From Candidatus Iainarchaeum sp. (GTDB lineage: Archaea > Iainarchaeota > Iainarchaeia > Iainarchaeales > Iainarchaeaceae): a stretch of 64,000 nt of DNA. The stretch is from contig JBDRLP010000025.1 in assembly GCA_043812975.1 (NCBI GenBank), positions 794 to 64,793 of the forward strand, read 5' to 3'. Positions within the stretch are counted from its first letter, which is position 1. Every line of letters starts with the position of its first letter. Of this stretch, positions 50,431 to 61,319 are shown one piece after another. The notes beneath the pieces were generated by a model. That model worked only from the letters and a program-made list of their open reading frames with translations. It did not search any database and was not told where the DNA came from. The position numbers and the translations under genes were made by a program.

Positions 50431-50597
50431 CGCGGGGAACGGGATTCGAACCCGTGCGTCCAGAAGGACAACAGCTCGCCGCACAATTCCCAAAATTCAA
50501 AGCTCCTTGCTTTTTCTTTTGGTACAGCTTTTCTTTTTCACCGAAAAAGAAAAGGTGTTTAGCAGGCTGCCGCGTTAGACCACTCCGCCACCCCCGC
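50431..50597 (-). tRNA. tRNA-Ser (anticodon GCU) with an 83-nt intron at canonical position 37/38
   Basis: Hand-folded: exon 1 (50597..50560) GCGGGGG-TG-GCGG..CGC-G-GCAGC-CTGCTA. Exon 2 (50476..50431) is A-GCTGT, a long variable arm TGTCC-TTCT-GGAC, T-arm ACGGG-TTCGAAT-CCCGT, and acceptor TCCCCGC-G. The mature length is 84 nt. Confidence 0.75.
50477..50559 (-). other. tRNA-Ser intron carrying the conserved GGTACAGC / poly-purine element
   Basis: Boundaries inferred from anticodon-stem pairing (+/-2 nt). Contains a perfect 11-bp hairpin UUUUCUUUUUC/GAAAAAGAAAA and CUGUACC. Confidence 0.6.
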
Positions 50598-50736
50598 ACA
50601 CCGTCTGCTCACGGTGGTAGAGCGTCCACCTCACTTGGGTTCGGTAGGACATACTAACGCCGTTCACAAAAAGCAAAAAAATGGCTAAATCCAATGCTTA
50701 TAAACATAATTCAGAGTAAATTTATAAGGTTATATA

Positions 50737-51504
50737 ATGGGTACTCAAAGACGCAACAAAGGAAGAAAAAATACTGAAAGTCATATTATACGTAATGGAC
50801 AAAAACTTGAAAATATCCGAAAAGCAACAGGTGAAGCTATTGATATACACATTAAAAATGGACCTGATGCAATGGTTGTAAAATTGAGTTATGGTAGCAT
50901 AAAATCTGTGCAAGGCATGTTGGGTAGGCGTGTACGCAAAGAAAACGTTCACAATATGATCCGCAATATTGTTGTTCTACCGGAAGATGAACTTGCAAAA
51001 ATAACAAAAGGAAGAGCAGTCACAATACGTTGGCAAACCGAAAAGGGAAATTCGGGATTTGTTGTTTTTATTGGAAAAACACTATTTGACGATGTTATTG
51101 AAAGAAAAAGATTTTTGAGGCACGAATTCATGCATGTGCTCGCTGTAGAAAAAGGAGTGCGTTCCAATGCAGGAGAAATAATTGCTTTCGCGTTTATGCA
51201 TATGGAAGAGGGTTTTGAAAAAGAAGAAATATGGAAACAGAATGCACTTGATCAAATACGCCGAGCTAAAGCAGCCAAAGATCATGACCCTAATTCACTA
51301 TACGTAAAGAATACTAGAGTTGGACTGGCGAGTGCAAGATTGGCAGCCAACTTAACTAAAACACACGGGATAGGCGCGGCAAAAGAATTTCTTAGATTGT
51401 TATTTGATGAGTGCATGGTTAACAACAAAGAAACAGTCCCAATGACAAAAATAAATGCAATGGCAACTGAGATAAAAGAAAAATTCTCAGGAGACGCAAA
51501 ATGA
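50737..51504 (+). CDS. putative HExxH zinc-metallopeptidase-like protein
   Basis: RHEFMHVLAVEKG HExxH motif; 255 aa; 4-nt overlap with the downstream Dus gene. Confidence 0.35.
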   Translation: MGTQRRNKGRKNTESHIIRNGQKLENIRKATGEAIDIHIKNGPDAMVVKLSYGSIKSVQGMLGRRVRKENVHNMIRNIVVLPEDELAKITKGRAVTIRWQTEKGNSGFVVFIGKTLFDDVIERKRFLRHEFMHVLAVEKGVRSNAGEIIAFAFMHMEEGFEKEEIWKQNALDQIRRAKAAKDHDPNSLYVKNTRVGLASARLAANLTKTHGIGAAKEFLRLLFDECMVNNKETVPMTKINAMATEIKEKFSGDAK

Positions 51505-52451
51505 AGTTCTGCGGAATACCAGTGAAAAGCAGGTTTTTTCTTGCACCAATGGCAAAAGTAACAGCACTGCCTTTCCGATTGATGTGTGTAAGGCAGGGAG
51601 CTGGATTAGTTATTACTGAACAGATTAATGCTACGCAAATTGCAAGAAACCCTGATCCTTTTACCAATAATGAATTTTTTACAATCAAAACAGTTCCAGA
51701 AGAAAAACCAGTAGGAGTACAGCTTTTTGGAACAAATGAAAAAGATTTTATTAAAGCAGTTGAAATTGTTGAAAAAAAATTTGAATTAATAAACATTAAT
51801 TGTGGTTGCCCCTCGCCTAAAGAAACAAAAATCGGCGCAGGAGCAGCACTTCTTAAGAACCCTGAGAAAATTGTTTCAATATTAAAAGCAATTAAATCAG
51901 TTTCAACAAAACCAGTGACAGCAAAAATCAGGTTAGGCTGGAACAAAAATGATTCCCTCAGAATCGTGAAGGAAATTGAGAAAAGCAATTGCGATGCAGT
52001 AATAGTTCACGGAAGAACTGCTTCACAAAAATATACGGGAAAGGCCAATTGGAAAGCAATAAGGAAAATTGCGGAATCAACCTCAATGCCAATAGTTGCT
52101 AACGGAGATGTTACTTCAGGAGAAAGTGCAATGCAATTGCTTGAAGAAACCAAATGTGAATTCGGAATGATAGGAAGAAGCGCTATGACAAACCCGTTTG
52201 TGTTTAAGGAAATTAACGAATTTGAAAAAGGAAATGAATGGAAACCCAGTGTACAAGAAAAAATTGAAGGTTTTTTTGATTATTTTGAGCAATGCAAAAA
52301 ATTCGACATGGTTAAAGTTAGTGATTTGAAAGCAAAAGCAATTCAGTTCACAAAAGGAATTGAATTTACAAAAAAAACAAGAGTAAAATTAATTGAAGCT
52401 AAAAATGAAAAAGAAATTATCAAAGCCCTCAAGGGCTTTGAAAAGAAATAA
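51501..52451 (+). CDS. tRNA-dihydrouridine synthase (Dus) family
   Basis: FMN TIM barrel with ININCGCPSPK (Dus NxGCP catalytic-Cys motif); 316 aa. Confidence 0.8.
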   Translation: MKFCGIPVKSRFFLAPMAKVTALPFRLMCVRQGAGLVITEQINATQIARNPDPFTNNEFFTIKTVPEEKPVGVQLFGTNEKDFIKAVEIVEKKFELININCGCPSPKETKIGAGAALLKNPEKIVSILKAIKSVSTKPVTAKIRLGWNKNDSLRIVKEIEKSNCDAVIVHGRTASQKYTGKANWKAIRKIAESTSMPIVANGDVTSGESAMQLLEETKCEFGMIGRSAMTNPFVFKEINEFEKGNEWKPSVQEKIEGFFDYFEQCKKFDMVKVSDLKAKAIQFTKGIEFTKKTRVKLIEAKNEKEIIKALKGFEKK

Positions 52452-52459
52452 TTGTTTAA

Positions 52460-52774
52460 TCACTGAATTATTTCATCAAGTCTGACCTTAAAATCATGTT
52501 TAAGCATTGCTCCAACAAGAGACCCTAATTTTTCACCATTCTTAAAAATGAGGAAAGTAGGAAGAGACACAATACCTAGTTTAGTAGGGATTTGTTCATT
52601 AGCCATTGTATCCATTTTAGCAAAAGCCACTTTTCCTTCATATTCTTTGGATAATTCCTCAAAAGTAGGAGCTACTATTTTACACGGACCACACCAGTCA
52701 GCCCAAAAATCAATTATTACGATTTCATTGTTTTTTATAAAATCATCAAATTCTGCATCTGTTAATTCTTTCAA
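52460..52774 (-). CDS. trxA: thioredoxin
   Basis: WADWCGPCK active site; 104 aa. Confidence 0.9.
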   Translation of the reverse strand: MKELTDAEFDDFIKNNEIVIIDFWADWCGPCKIVAPTFEELSKEYEGKVAFAKMDTMANEQIPTKLGIVSLPTFLIFKNGEKLGSLVGAMLKHDFKVRLDEIIQ

Positions 52775-53073
52775 TCAAACACCTCCAATAGGAAATTATT
52801 AGGAAAAACAGTTTTTTAAAAAGAACGTGACTAAAAATTTAATAGAAATAATTTTACTTACTAATATACCCAATAATAACAAACAAAAATAAGGATAATA
52901 GTTTGAAAAGCTAACAAAAAATTAAGAAGAGAAATAAAATTGTACGAAAAGCTAACAAAAATAGGAGTTATTAGTTAGTTTTTTGAAAAGAATTGATGTA
53001 CCAGTAAGGTTTTTATATAAGAAAACAAAAATATAATTCCTGCTAAGGATTATTCAAATAAGGCTCGATAAAT

Positions 53074-56000
53074 ATGGAAGAAAACACCCCTAAACAAGAA
53101 ATTCGCCAAAAAGGTAAAGGTCTTACAATTGACCGGGTTTTCACAAAAAAAGGCGAAGATCCATTAGAACAAGTAGAATACAGCATACGGAGTTCTGTAA
53201 TAAAGAATCCTGATGGTAGCACAGTATTCGAAATGAAGGACCTTGAAATACCTAAGAAATGGACACAAATAGCAACTGATATTATAGCCCAAAAATACTT
53301 CAGAAAAGCCGGAGTTCCTCAGTTTGATGAAAAAAATGAACCAATCCTTGATGAGAACGGAAAACAAGTACTAGGGCCTGAAAAAAGTGCAAAACAAGTT
53401 GTGGCAAGATTAGTTGAAACCTGGAGATTTTGGGGGGAAAAATATGGTTACTTTGCATCATCAGAAGATGCACAGGCATTTGAAGATGAGATAAAATTCA
53501 TGCTCATCAATCAATATGCCGCACCAAACAGCCCGCAATGGTTCAACACTGGTTTGCACCACAACTACGGAATCAACGGACCTGCACAGGGGCATTATTT
53601 TGTAAATCCTGATACAAGCGAACTTGAAAAAGCAACTGATTCTTACTCACACCCACAACCCCATGCTTGTGGCCGATATGACACTCTTCTTTTTACAGAA
53701 AAAGGAATTAAGAAGTTGGGAGAAATTGTAGATAAAGAAATAATCGGATTAAAAGTATTTGACGGCGAGGAATTTGTGAAAATTTTAGCAGTAAAAGAAA
53801 ATGGAATAAAAAAAGTTTTCAGAGCAACACTTGCAAATGGAAATTACATTGATTTCACTAACGACCATTTAGTCTGGTCAGCAAAAACCAGAGAATCAGA
53901 ATTTGGGTGGAATGAACTAGGAAAAAGTTTAGGTTTTAAAGTAAAGCAATCTTTAAACACAGAAAATTTTGTCCTTGATTTGGCAGAAACCCAAAACACA
54001 AACTCAAATACAATACAAAAAGCTAAAATAAGTGAAACAGAAATGCAAAAAGCATCACTTGCAGGGTGGGTTGTAGGAGACGGTTATTTTGGACAATATG
54101 GAAAAACAACAATGTTTGGAGTAATAACCATAAATGAGGATGAATATAATCAAGTTACTGAGCTTTTTGAATCATTGTTTGGCGGTTTTACAATAACCAC
54201 TAAAAAAGAAATTAGTCCCGAGTACAGGATTGTAAAAAGGGACTTTAAAGAAGTAAAAGAATATGTAAAAGAGTATGAATTGAATCAAAAATCCCTAGGC
54301 GCAAAAATCCCACAAAAAATCATGGAAGCTGATCCAAAAATACAAAAAGAATTCCTAAAAGCGTTATTCCAAGCAGACGGTTGTGCAAGAATAAGAAACG
54401 AAGACGGCAGGAATTCAGGCGATGTTGTCTTATCAACTACGTCTGAAAACTTAGCACACCAAGTGCAAAACATGCTCATTAATTTAGGCATTTACTCCAG
54501 AGTAAGTTTATGTGATGATTCAAGGGAAGATAGACACATGCAGTATCATGTCATTATTGCGTATTATTCAGAAAGAATGAAATTCGAAAATGCTATTGGA
54601 TTTATTTCTGAAGATAAAAATCAAAAACTTGCCTATTTGAATGAAACAATCATTGGAAAATCAAAACCAGTGGTTTCATTGGAAACAATTTCAACAATAG
54701 AATATGTTGGAGAAGAAACAGTTTATGACATTCAAACGGAAAGTGGAAAATTTACTGCAAACGGAGTAGTAGTTCATAACTGTTTCATACAATCATTAAG
54801 AGATGACCTAGTAAACGAGGGCGGTATTTTTGATCTTATTACAAGAGAAGCAAGGCTTTTCAAATACGGTTCCGGAACAGGAACAAACTTCTCAACATTA
54901 AGGGGTTCCGGAGAACCGCTTTCAGGAGGAGGATACAGCTCAGGATTAATGTCATTCCTGAAAGTACTTGACAGAGCTGCCGGAGCAATTAAAAGCGGCG
55001 GTACAACAAGAAGAGCGGCAAAAATGGTGTGCCTCGATATTGACCACCCGGATATTGAACAATTCATTAACTGGAAAGTTCTGGAAGAACAAAAAGTTGC
55101 TGCAATGGTTGCAGGAAGCAAAGCCTGTAATTTTCACTTAAACGAAATAATGAGGATTGCTTTTGAAGGAAAATCAACTGATGTGAAAAAAAACAAAGAA
55201 CTTGGAAAAGAAATAAGAAAAGCAATGAAAGATAATGTATCGCCAAACTACATAATGCGGGTTTTGCAGTTAGCAGAGCAGGGAGAAAAAAGCATTGACT
55301 TTGCAATATTTGACACTAACTACAATTCAGAAGCTTACTTAACAGTTTCAGGACAGAACGCAAACAATTCCGTCAGAGTGAGTAACAAGTTTATTGAATC
55401 AGTTCTAAATGATGATTCTTGGGATTTAAAATTCAGAACCAATAATCAAATTGGGAAAACCCTCAAGGCAAGAGACCTTTGGGATAAAATTGCAAGAGCC
55501 GCTTGGCACTCAGCAGATCCTGGTTTGCAATACGATGATACAATTAATGAATGGCACACTTGCCCGAAAGATGGCAGGATTAATGCAAGTAATCCATGCA
55601 GCGAGTACATGTTTTTGGATGACACAGCATGCAATCTTGCAAGTATTAATCTGATTCACTTTTTGAATGAAGATAGTTCTTTTAATATTGAAAAATTCAG
55701 AAATTCCACAAGGCTCTGGACAATAGTACTTGAAATAAGTGTTTTGATGGCGCAGTTTCCAGCAAAAGAAATTGCACAAAAAAGTTATGATTACCGAACA
55801 TTAGGATTAGGTCATGCTAATCTTGGTGCTTTACTTATGGTTTCAGGAATCCCTTATGATTCTGATGAAGGGAGAGCAATTGCAGGCGCAATAACAGCAA
55901 TAATGTGCGGAGAAAGCTATGCAGCATCAGCTGAAATGGCAGAAGTTTTAGGATCGTTCAACAGGTTTCCAGAAAACCGAGAGGACATGCTTCGCGTGAT

Positions 56001-57657
56001 AAGAAACCACAGAAGAGCAGCTTACAATGAAAGTAATTCTTATGAAGGATTAACAATAAAACCAGTAGGAATTAACCCCGAAAAATGCTCTGAACAATTG
56101 GTTGCTGCAGCAAAGGATGCATGGGATCGCGCTTTAACTCTTGGAGAAAAAAACGGGTATAGAAATGCACAAGTAACAGTAATAGCTCCAACCGGAACAA
56201 TTGGTTTAGTAATGGATTGTGACACAACAGGAATTGAACCTGATTTTGCAATGATTAAGTTCAAGAAACTTGCAGGCGGAGGTTATTTCAAAATAGTTAA
56301 CCAAAGTGTTCCAAGAGCACTAAGAAAGCTTGGTCATACTGATAATGAAATTGATGATATTATAAAATATGCAAAAGGAACAGGAAGTTTAGAAGGAGCC
56401 CCTGCAATTAACCGAGAAAGTTTACTTGCAAAAGGATTTACTGAAGATAAAATTGCAGAAATAGAAAATCAATTGCCCAACGTGTTTGATCTTAAATTTG
56501 CTTTCAACAAATGGGCATTGGGAGAAGAGTTCTGCAAAAAACTAGGTTTTAGCGATGTTCAATTAAACAGTTCAGACTTTGACATGCTTAATGCACTTGG
56601 TTATAAAAAAGAAGAAATTGAACAAGCAAATGATTATGTGTGCGGAACAATGACAGTAGAAGGCGCACCTCATCTAAAAACAGAAAATTATGCCGTGTTT
56701 GACTGTGCTTCAAAATGCGGAAAGAAAGGAAAAAGATTTATCCTTCACTTAGGACACATAAAAATGATGGCCGCAGCTCAGCCATTTATTACAGGAGCCA
56801 TTAGTAAAACAATTAACATGCCAAATCACTCAACTGTCGAGGAAATTAAGGATGCGTATCTTCAATCCTGGCAATTGATGCTTAAAGCTAATGCACTTTA
56901 CAGAGATGGTTCAAAATTATCTCAACCACTAAGTACTATTGCAGATGAAGATGAAATAGCATGGCTTGGTAATGAAGATGAGCTTGATGAAACTATCGGA
57001 CCTGCACAAGTACAACAAAAAATCTCAATAAAACTTGAGAAGAATAAATTACCCACAAAAAGAAGCGGTTTTGTACAGGAAGCAACTATTGGAGGCCACA
57101 AAGTTTTCATAAAAACAGGAGAATATCCTGACGGATCACTTGGAGAAATTTTCATTGACATGTACAAAGAAGGAGCATCATACAGAGCGTTACTCAATTG
57201 TTTTGCAGTCGCGATTTCCAAATCACTGCAATACGGAGTTCCCTTGGAAGAATTTGTTGACTCATTCACATTCACAAGGTTTGAACCTTCAGGAGTAGTA
57301 ACAGGACATGAATCAATCAAATCAGCAACATCGATAATTGATTATATTTTCAGAGTAGTGGGATATGAGTATTTGGACAGAACAGATTTTGTTCATGTGA
57401 AGCCAATTAATGGGTCTGATGTAGGAGGAGAACAGAAGAAGATTGTTCCTCCAACACCTCAACAGGAAAAAGCAAAACCGAAAACAATAGAAGAAATAGA
57501 CAAACAAGAAATCAGCAGAGAAGAAACCAAAATTATTATTGCTAAAGAAAAAGGTTACACTGGAGATCAGTGCGGCGGGTGTGGTTCTATGAGAGTAAGG
57601 CGTAATGGAGCCTGTACTGTTTGTGATGATTGCGGACAGACTTCTGGATGTAGTTAA
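53074..57657 (+). CDS. nrdJ: adenosylcobalamin-dependent (class II) ribonucleotide reductase, long form, interrupted by one intein
   Basis: [23 protein letters not shown] active-site block, [21 protein letters not shown], and the C-terminal Cys cluster CGGCGS...CTVCDDCG. The extein is about 1156 aa once the intein is removed. Confidence 0.9.
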   Translation: MEENTPKQEIRQKGKGLTIDRVFTKKGEDPLEQVEYSIRSSVIKNPDGSTVFEMKDLEIPKKWTQIATDIIAQKYFRKAGVPQFDEKNEPILDENGKQVLGPEKSAKQVVARLVETWRFWGEKYGYFASSEDAQAFEDEIKFMLINQYAAPNSPQWFNTGLHHNYGINGPAQGHYFVNPDTSELEKATDSYSHPQPHACGRYDTLLFTEKGIKKLGEIVDKEIIGLKVFDGEEFVKILAVKENGIKKVFRATLANGNYIDFTNDHLVWSAKTRESEFGWNELGKSLGFKVKQSLNTENFVLDLAETQNTNSNTIQKAKISETEMQKASLAGWVVGDGYFGQYGKTTMFGVITINEDEYNQVTELFESLFGGFTITTKKEISPEYRIVKRDFKEVKEYVKEYELNQKSLGAKIPQKIMEADPKIQKEFLKALFQADGCARIRNEDGRNSGDVVLSTTSENLAHQVQNMLINLGIYSRVSLCDDSREDRHMQYHVIIAYYSERMKFENAIGFISEDKNQKLAYLNETIIGKSKPVVSLETISTIEYVGEETVYDIQTESGKFTANGVVVHNCFIQSLRDDLVNEGGIFDLITREARLFKYGSGTGTNFSTLRGSGEPLSGGGYSSGLMSFLKVLDRAAGAIKSGGTTRRAAKMVCLDIDHPDIEQFINWKVLEEQKVAAMVAGSKACNFHLNEIMRIAFEGKSTDVKKNKELGKEIRKAMKDNVSPNYIMRVLQLAEQGEKSIDFAIFDTNYNSEAYLTVSGQNANNSVRVSNKFIESVLNDDSWDLKFRTNNQIGKTLKARDLWDKIARAAWHSADPGLQYDDTINEWHTCPKDGRINASNPCSEYMFLDDTACNLASINLIHFLNEDSSFNIEKFRNSTRLWTIVLEISVLMAQFPAKEIAQKSYDYRTLGLGHANLGALLMVSGIPYDSDEGRAIAGAITAIMCGESYAASAEMAEVLGSFNRFPENREDMLRVIRNHRRAAYNESNSYEGLTIKPVGINPEKCSEQLVAAAKDAWDRALTLGEKNGYRNAQVTVIAPTGTIGLVMDCDTTGIEPDFAMIKFKKLAGGGYFKIVNQSVPRALRKLGHTDNEIDDIIKYAKGTGSLEGAPAINRESLLAKGFTEDKIAEIENQLPNVFDLKFAFNKWALGEEFCKKLGFSDVQLNSSDFDMLNALGYKKEEIEQANDYVCGTMTVEGAPHLKTENYAVFDCASKCGKKGKRFILHLGHIKMMAAAQPFITGAISKTINMPNHSTVEEIKDAYLQSWQLMLKANALYRDGSKLSQPLSTIADEDEIAWLGNEDELDETIGPAQVQQKISIKLEKNKLPTKRSGFVQEATIGGHKVFIKTGEYPDGSLGEIFIDMYKEGASYRALLNCFAVAISKSLQYGVPLEEFVDSFTFTRFEPSGVVTGHESIKSATSIIDYIFRVVGYEYLDRTDFVHVKPINGSDVGGEQKKIVPPTPQQEKAKPKTIEEIDKQEISREETKIIIAKEKGYTGDQCGGCGSMRVRRNGACTVCDDCGQTSGCS
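53668..54780 (+). mobile_element. intein (371 aa) with LAGLIDADG homing-endonuclease domain, inserted at the NrdJ catalytic-loop cysteine
   Basis: The N-extein ends HPQPHA and the intein begins CGRYDTLLF. The LAGLIDADG-like blocks are [11 protein letters not shown] and [14 protein letters not shown]. The intein ends VVVHN followed by the +1 Cys of CFIQS (the ACF catalytic Cys). Coordinates are codon-exact from my count. Confidence 0.85.
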
Positions 57658-57695
57658 AGCAAACATTAAATAATAAGCAATACTAATTCTTTTCC

Positions 57696-57851
57696 ATGGA
57701 AGATGATCTTCACAAAAAAATAATGAATAATATGCATGCTGAGACAAAGAAGATTGAACAAGACCTTGATGAACACGAACAAAAAATTTCAGAAATAAAA
57801 AAATCACAGGGTTTTTTTGCAAAAATAAAAAAACTGATTTTTGGTAATTAA
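57696..57851 (+). CDS. small charged ORF (51 aa), hypothetical
   Basis: MEDDLHKKIMNNMHAETKKIEQDLDEHEQKISEIKK...; not in the track (below 60 aa); coding status uncertain. Confidence 0.2.
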   Translation: MEDDLHKKIMNNMHAETKKIEQDLDEHEQKISEIKKSQGFFAKIKKLIFGN

Positions 57852-57852
57852 A

Positions 57853-58563
57853 ATGCCCAGAATCTGGGAAATCGATTTTTTCAGGGGAATTGCAATCATA
57901 ATGATGATTGTGTTCCACTTTTTATGGGATCTAAAATACTTTAATTTTGTGAGCTTTCCGATTTACTCTGGTTTTTGGGGAGCCTGGCAATTAATTACTG
58001 CTTCATTGTTTCTTTTTTTGGTCGGAATAAGCCTAACTCTTAGTTATAATAGAAACAAAAAGGATTTTAGAGAAAGATTTCTGAAAAAAGGAGGAATTCT
58101 TTTTGCAGGGGGATTATTGATAACTTTAGTTACTTTGATTGCGTTTCCTGAAATCTTTATTTACTTTGGAATTCTACACTTTATTGGATTTTCAATAATA
58201 CTTTCAATTCCTTTTATAGAAAGAAAAATTTCTAATTTGATTCTGGGAGTAATTTTAATTTTATTGCCTTTAATTTTTGCATTAAAAGAACTGCAAATAA
58301 TTGAACTTTTTTGGTTAGGTTTTGCAACTCCTGTACCCACATTAGATTTCTTTCCAGTAATCCCTTGGTTCGGAGTAGTACTTTTGGGTTTGTTTGTAGG
58401 AAATACTTTTTATGAAAAAGGAATTTCTAAATTAAAAATTAAAAAACCAGAAATGAGAATAATTGGTTTTGTTGAAAAGCTGGGAAAGCACGCACTAATA
58501 ATTTATTTTTTGCACCAGCTGATTTTGTTTCCGTTAGTTTATGTTTTGTCAACACTAATTTAG
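57853..58563 (+). CDS. polytopic membrane protein (DUF1624 / acyltransferase-3-like?)
   Basis: MPRIWEIDFFRGIAIIMMIVFHF is typical of the heparan-alpha-glucosaminide N-acetyltransferase-like DUF1624 N-terminus. ATG chosen at 57853 instead of the track's TTG at 57841. Confidence 0.45.
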   Translation: MPRIWEIDFFRGIAIIMMIVFHFLWDLKYFNFVSFPIYSGFWGAWQLITASLFLFLVGISLTLSYNRNKKDFRERFLKKGGILFAGGLLITLVTLIAFPEIFIYFGILHFIGFSIILSIPFIERKISNLILGVILILLPLIFALKELQIIELFWLGFATPVPTLDFFPVIPWFGVVLLGLFVGNTFYEKGISKLKIKKPEMRIIGFVEKLGKHALIIYFLHQLILFPLVYVLSTLI

Positions 58564-58566
58564 ACT

Positions 58567-59052
58567 TTAAGTATGACAGGTTTTAGTGATTCCTTTTTTG
58601 AAATAATATTTTTGATGGTATTTTTCAGCATCAAAGAATTCTTTTAAGGGAACTATTTCAGTAACAATTGGATTATTGAATTTTTCTGATGCATTCATTT
58701 CTTCTTTGGATTTTTCAGCAATCTTTTTCTGTTTCTCATCAGCATAAAAAATCGCAGACCTATACTGAACTCCAACATCAGGGCCCTGGCTGTTCAAAGT
58801 AGTTGGATTGTGGTTTTTCCAAAAAATATCCAAAAGTTTTTCATAAGAAATTTCCTTTGGATCAAACTTAATCTGAAGAGCTTCAGCATGCCCTGTAGTG
58901 CCTACGCAGACCTGTTCATAAGTAGGTTTATCAAGGCCTCCACCAGTATAACCTACTTTTGTTTCTTTTACTCCAGCAAGTGTTCGAAATATTTCCTCAA
59001 AACCCCAGAAACAACCCCCTGCAAAAACAGCAGTTTCAAGTTTTTCAGCCAT
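58567..59052 (-). CDS. msrA: peptide methionine sulfoxide reductase MsrA
   Basis: FAGGCFWGFEE active-site motif; 161 aa. Confidence 0.9.
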   Translation of the reverse strand: MAEKLETAVFAGGCFWGFEEIFRTLAGVKETKVGYTGGGLDKPTYEQVCVGTTGHAEALQIKFDPKEISYEKLLDIFWKNHNPTTLNSQGPDVGVQYRSAIFYADEKQKKIAEKSKEEMNASEKFNNPIVTEIVPLKEFFDAEKYHQKYYFKKGITKTCHT

Positions 59053-59094
59053 AGAAATAGTTATAATTTGAAAATATAAAAAACTTTTCCCAAA

Positions 59095-60045
59095 TTAGAT
59101 AGATTTTTGTAATTCAGCATCAATTATTTGAGAGAATTCTTCAACAGTTTTTGGAGCTACAAGAACCTTTCCATTAATAAAAAAAGTTGGTGTTCCGTAA
59201 ATTCCTGCATCAATAGATTCCTGTTTTTGTTGTTCTACATACTCCTGGTATTTTCCGGAATCAACACACTGAGAGAACTGTTCAACATCAAGATTAATAT
59301 CGCCTGCGAATTGTTTGTAAATAACTTTTAATTCCTCAACATCTGGTTGTTGCGAACATTCAGCCTGTTGGGAAAACAATAACTCAGTATATTCCCAAAA
59401 CTTTCCCTGATCTCTGGCACATTCAGCGGCTTCACTTGCTTCAGAAGAATAATTATGCCTCGGTAAAGGGAAATACTTTAAATAAAGTTCAACTTTACCT
59501 TCATACTTTTGCATTACTTCCTCAATCGTAGGTTCTATTGCTTTTGTAAAAGGACAGCTAAAACAACCAACTTCAACAATTGTAATTTCTGCATCACTAG
59601 TGCCTTTTGAAGGCAGGCCTTCATAAGAAACCATTTTTACTTGTTCAGGAGATGAAGGGAACAAAAAACCAAGCGGGTTTGAGTTTGAGTAAGTTTCAGT
59701 ATTCAATAAACAAAGTTCAGAACTGTCAGGGCCATTACAATTACCATAAACCCAGAGGTTAAACAAACCAATGCCACTAAACATAATGCTTAACAAAAAC
59801 AGTAACATAAAAGCATTGGCAATTGACTTGAAATGAGCATGAACAAATTTTCCAAGACCTTGGTGGTGTTTCATTAGTTTCATTGAAACAATCATTTGGA
59901 AGCGCTTATCCAACCCAGTATTACAAGGGCGAAGAGTAACTGTTCTTAGCATACAACCAAATGCTTCTTTTGCAAGAGGCCTGTGCTTAGCAGAAAAAAT
60001 ACTTAAAATTCCAAAAACAATTAATGCTACAATACAAACAACCAT
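59095..60045 (-). CDS. membrane-anchored DsbA-like thiol-disulfide oxidoreductase
   Basis: C-terminal thioredoxin fold with CFSC active site and ...GTPTFFINGK; N-terminal TM helices with additional Cys pairs. Confidence 0.65.
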   Translation of the reverse strand: MVVCIVALIVFGILSIFSAKHRPLAKEAFGCMLRTVTLRPCNTGLDKRFQMIVSMKLMKHHQGLGKFVHAHFKSIANAFMLLFLLSIMFSGIGLFNLWVYGNCNGPDSSELCLLNTETYSNSNPLGFLFPSSPEQVKMVSYEGLPSKGTSDAEITIVEVGCFSCPFTKAIEPTIEEVMQKYEGKVELYLKYFPLPRHNYSSEASEAAECARDQGKFWEYTELLFSQQAECSQQPDVEELKVIYKQFAGDINLDVEQFSQCVDSGKYQEYVEQQKQESIDAGIYGTPTFFINGKVLVAPKTVEEFSQIIDAELQKSI

Positions 60046-60159
60046 TATAACCGGTTAGATTACTTTAGAATAGTTATAAATGCTTTGTGGAAAGGTTAAT
60101 GAAAAGGCTCATTATTCAAAACTAGCTCTGAAATAGATAATCCTTATTAATATGAATAC

Positions 60160-61260
60160 TTGAATCTAATTATGGATATTTTTACCCCCTTAGATATATT
60201 ACAAAATGAGTATTCACAATTCGCCACGATAATGGGAACCGGGCTTTTAATAGGAATAATTACTTATCTTTTGTTCAAATACTTTCTCAAAAATGTTTTT
60301 AGAACTGTTAAATCAAAACACGGCTCTCTAGTATCAGATTATATTCCAAAACCAGTATTTCTCTTGGTTTTACTTGCAAGTCTTTCATTTGCACTCAAAT
60401 CAGTTGTGTCACTAGAGCCATACCATGAAATCATCAACAACACTTTTTTCACTTTTGCAATTTTTATAAGCGCCTATATAATAGCAGGGATTTCCAACGA
60501 AATTCTTATGAGCTGGATTAAAGCCAAAAAAGGTTATTCTAAGCCCCCAAAAATAATAACTAAAATTCTGGCTGCTACAATATACTTAATTGCATTCCTA
60601 ATAATTCTTATAAATTATAAAATCGAAATAACTCCGCTTGTAGCAACACTTGGAGTTGGTGGAATTGCAATCGGATTAGCTTTACAGGGAACGCTCTCCA
60701 ACTTTTTCGCCGGCCTCAATGTATTATCAGACAAACCAATTAGAGTCGGGGATTTTATAGGACTTGAAGGAACAAGCACACTAGGAGAAATACTAGGAAC
60801 TGTTGAAGATATAGGCTGGCGATCAACAAGAATCAGAACCCCAACAGACATAATGATTATTGTTCCCAATGCTAAACTTGCTGAAAGCATTATCACAAAC
60901 TACTCAATGCCTGATGAAACAGTGTCAATTTACATTGAATGCGGAGTAGCTTACGAATCAGATTTGGAAAAAGTTGAAAAAGTAACTCTTGAAACTGTTG
61001 AATACTTCAAAAAGAATGTTGAAGGCGTGGTGAAAGACCCGGAATCTTTACCTTCATTCAGGCTCAGGGAATTTGCTGATTCCAATATTAATTTTCGTAT
61101 TTATTTCAAAATAGAGCATTATATTGAACAATACAAAATAAGAAACGAATTTATAAAAGAACTCAAAAAGCGCTTTGATAAAGCAGGAATAGAAATCAGC
61201 TGGCCGATTGTAAAACTCTACTACCCGCAAAAAGAAGTTTTAGGGCATTACAAAAAATAA
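60160..61260 (+). CDS. small-conductance mechanosensitive channel (MscS family)
   Basis: PIRVGDFIGLEGTSTLGEILGTVEDIGWRSTRIRTPTDIMIIVPNAKLAESIITNYS classic MscS core; 366 aa. Confidence 0.9.
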   Translation: MNLIMDIFTPLDILQNEYSQFATIMGTGLLIGIITYLLFKYFLKNVFRTVKSKHGSLVSDYIPKPVFLLVLLASLSFALKSVVSLEPYHEIINNTFFTFAIFISAYIIAGISNEILMSWIKAKKGYSKPPKIITKILAATIYLIAFLIILINYKIEITPLVATLGVGGIAIGLALQGTLSNFFAGLNVLSDKPIRVGDFIGLEGTSTLGEILGTVEDIGWRSTRIRTPTDIMIIVPNAKLAESIITNYSMPDETVSIYIECGVAYESDLEKVEKVTLETVEYFKKNVEGVVKDPESLPSFRLREFADSNINFRIYFKIEHYIEQYKIRNEFIKELKKRFDKAGIEISWPIVKLYYPQKEVLGHYKK

Positions 61261-61319
61261 AACTCACAAAAGTGATTATTAACAAAAAGGATAAATAGCT
61301 CAAATTCATTGTTTTTACT

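Noticed and set aside
50477-50559. Box C/D or H/ACA small RNA inside the tRNA-Ser intron (by analogy with archaeal tRNA-Trp introns)
   Set aside because: There is no RUGAUGA (C box) or CUGA (D box) and no ACA-tail arrangement. Only the CUGUACC core and homopolymeric tracts are present, so I did not make a C/D or H/ACA call.
50598-50670. GC-rich segment 5' of tRNA-Ser considered as a plus-strand tRNA or split-tRNA half (D-arm-like gctcacggtggtagagc)
   Set aside because: I could not build an acceptor stem, anticodon arm or T-arm around it on either strand. I treat it as a leader hairpin and mention it under the tRNA-Ser finding.
55067-57320. Possibility of a second intein in the RNR gene, because the extein is ~1150 aa
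   Set aside because: After 54781 the sequence is colinear with long-form NrdJ, and I found no further Cys...HN-Cys/Ser/Thr junction pair or LAGLIDADG block. The extra length is the known C-terminal extension of large NrdJ proteins.
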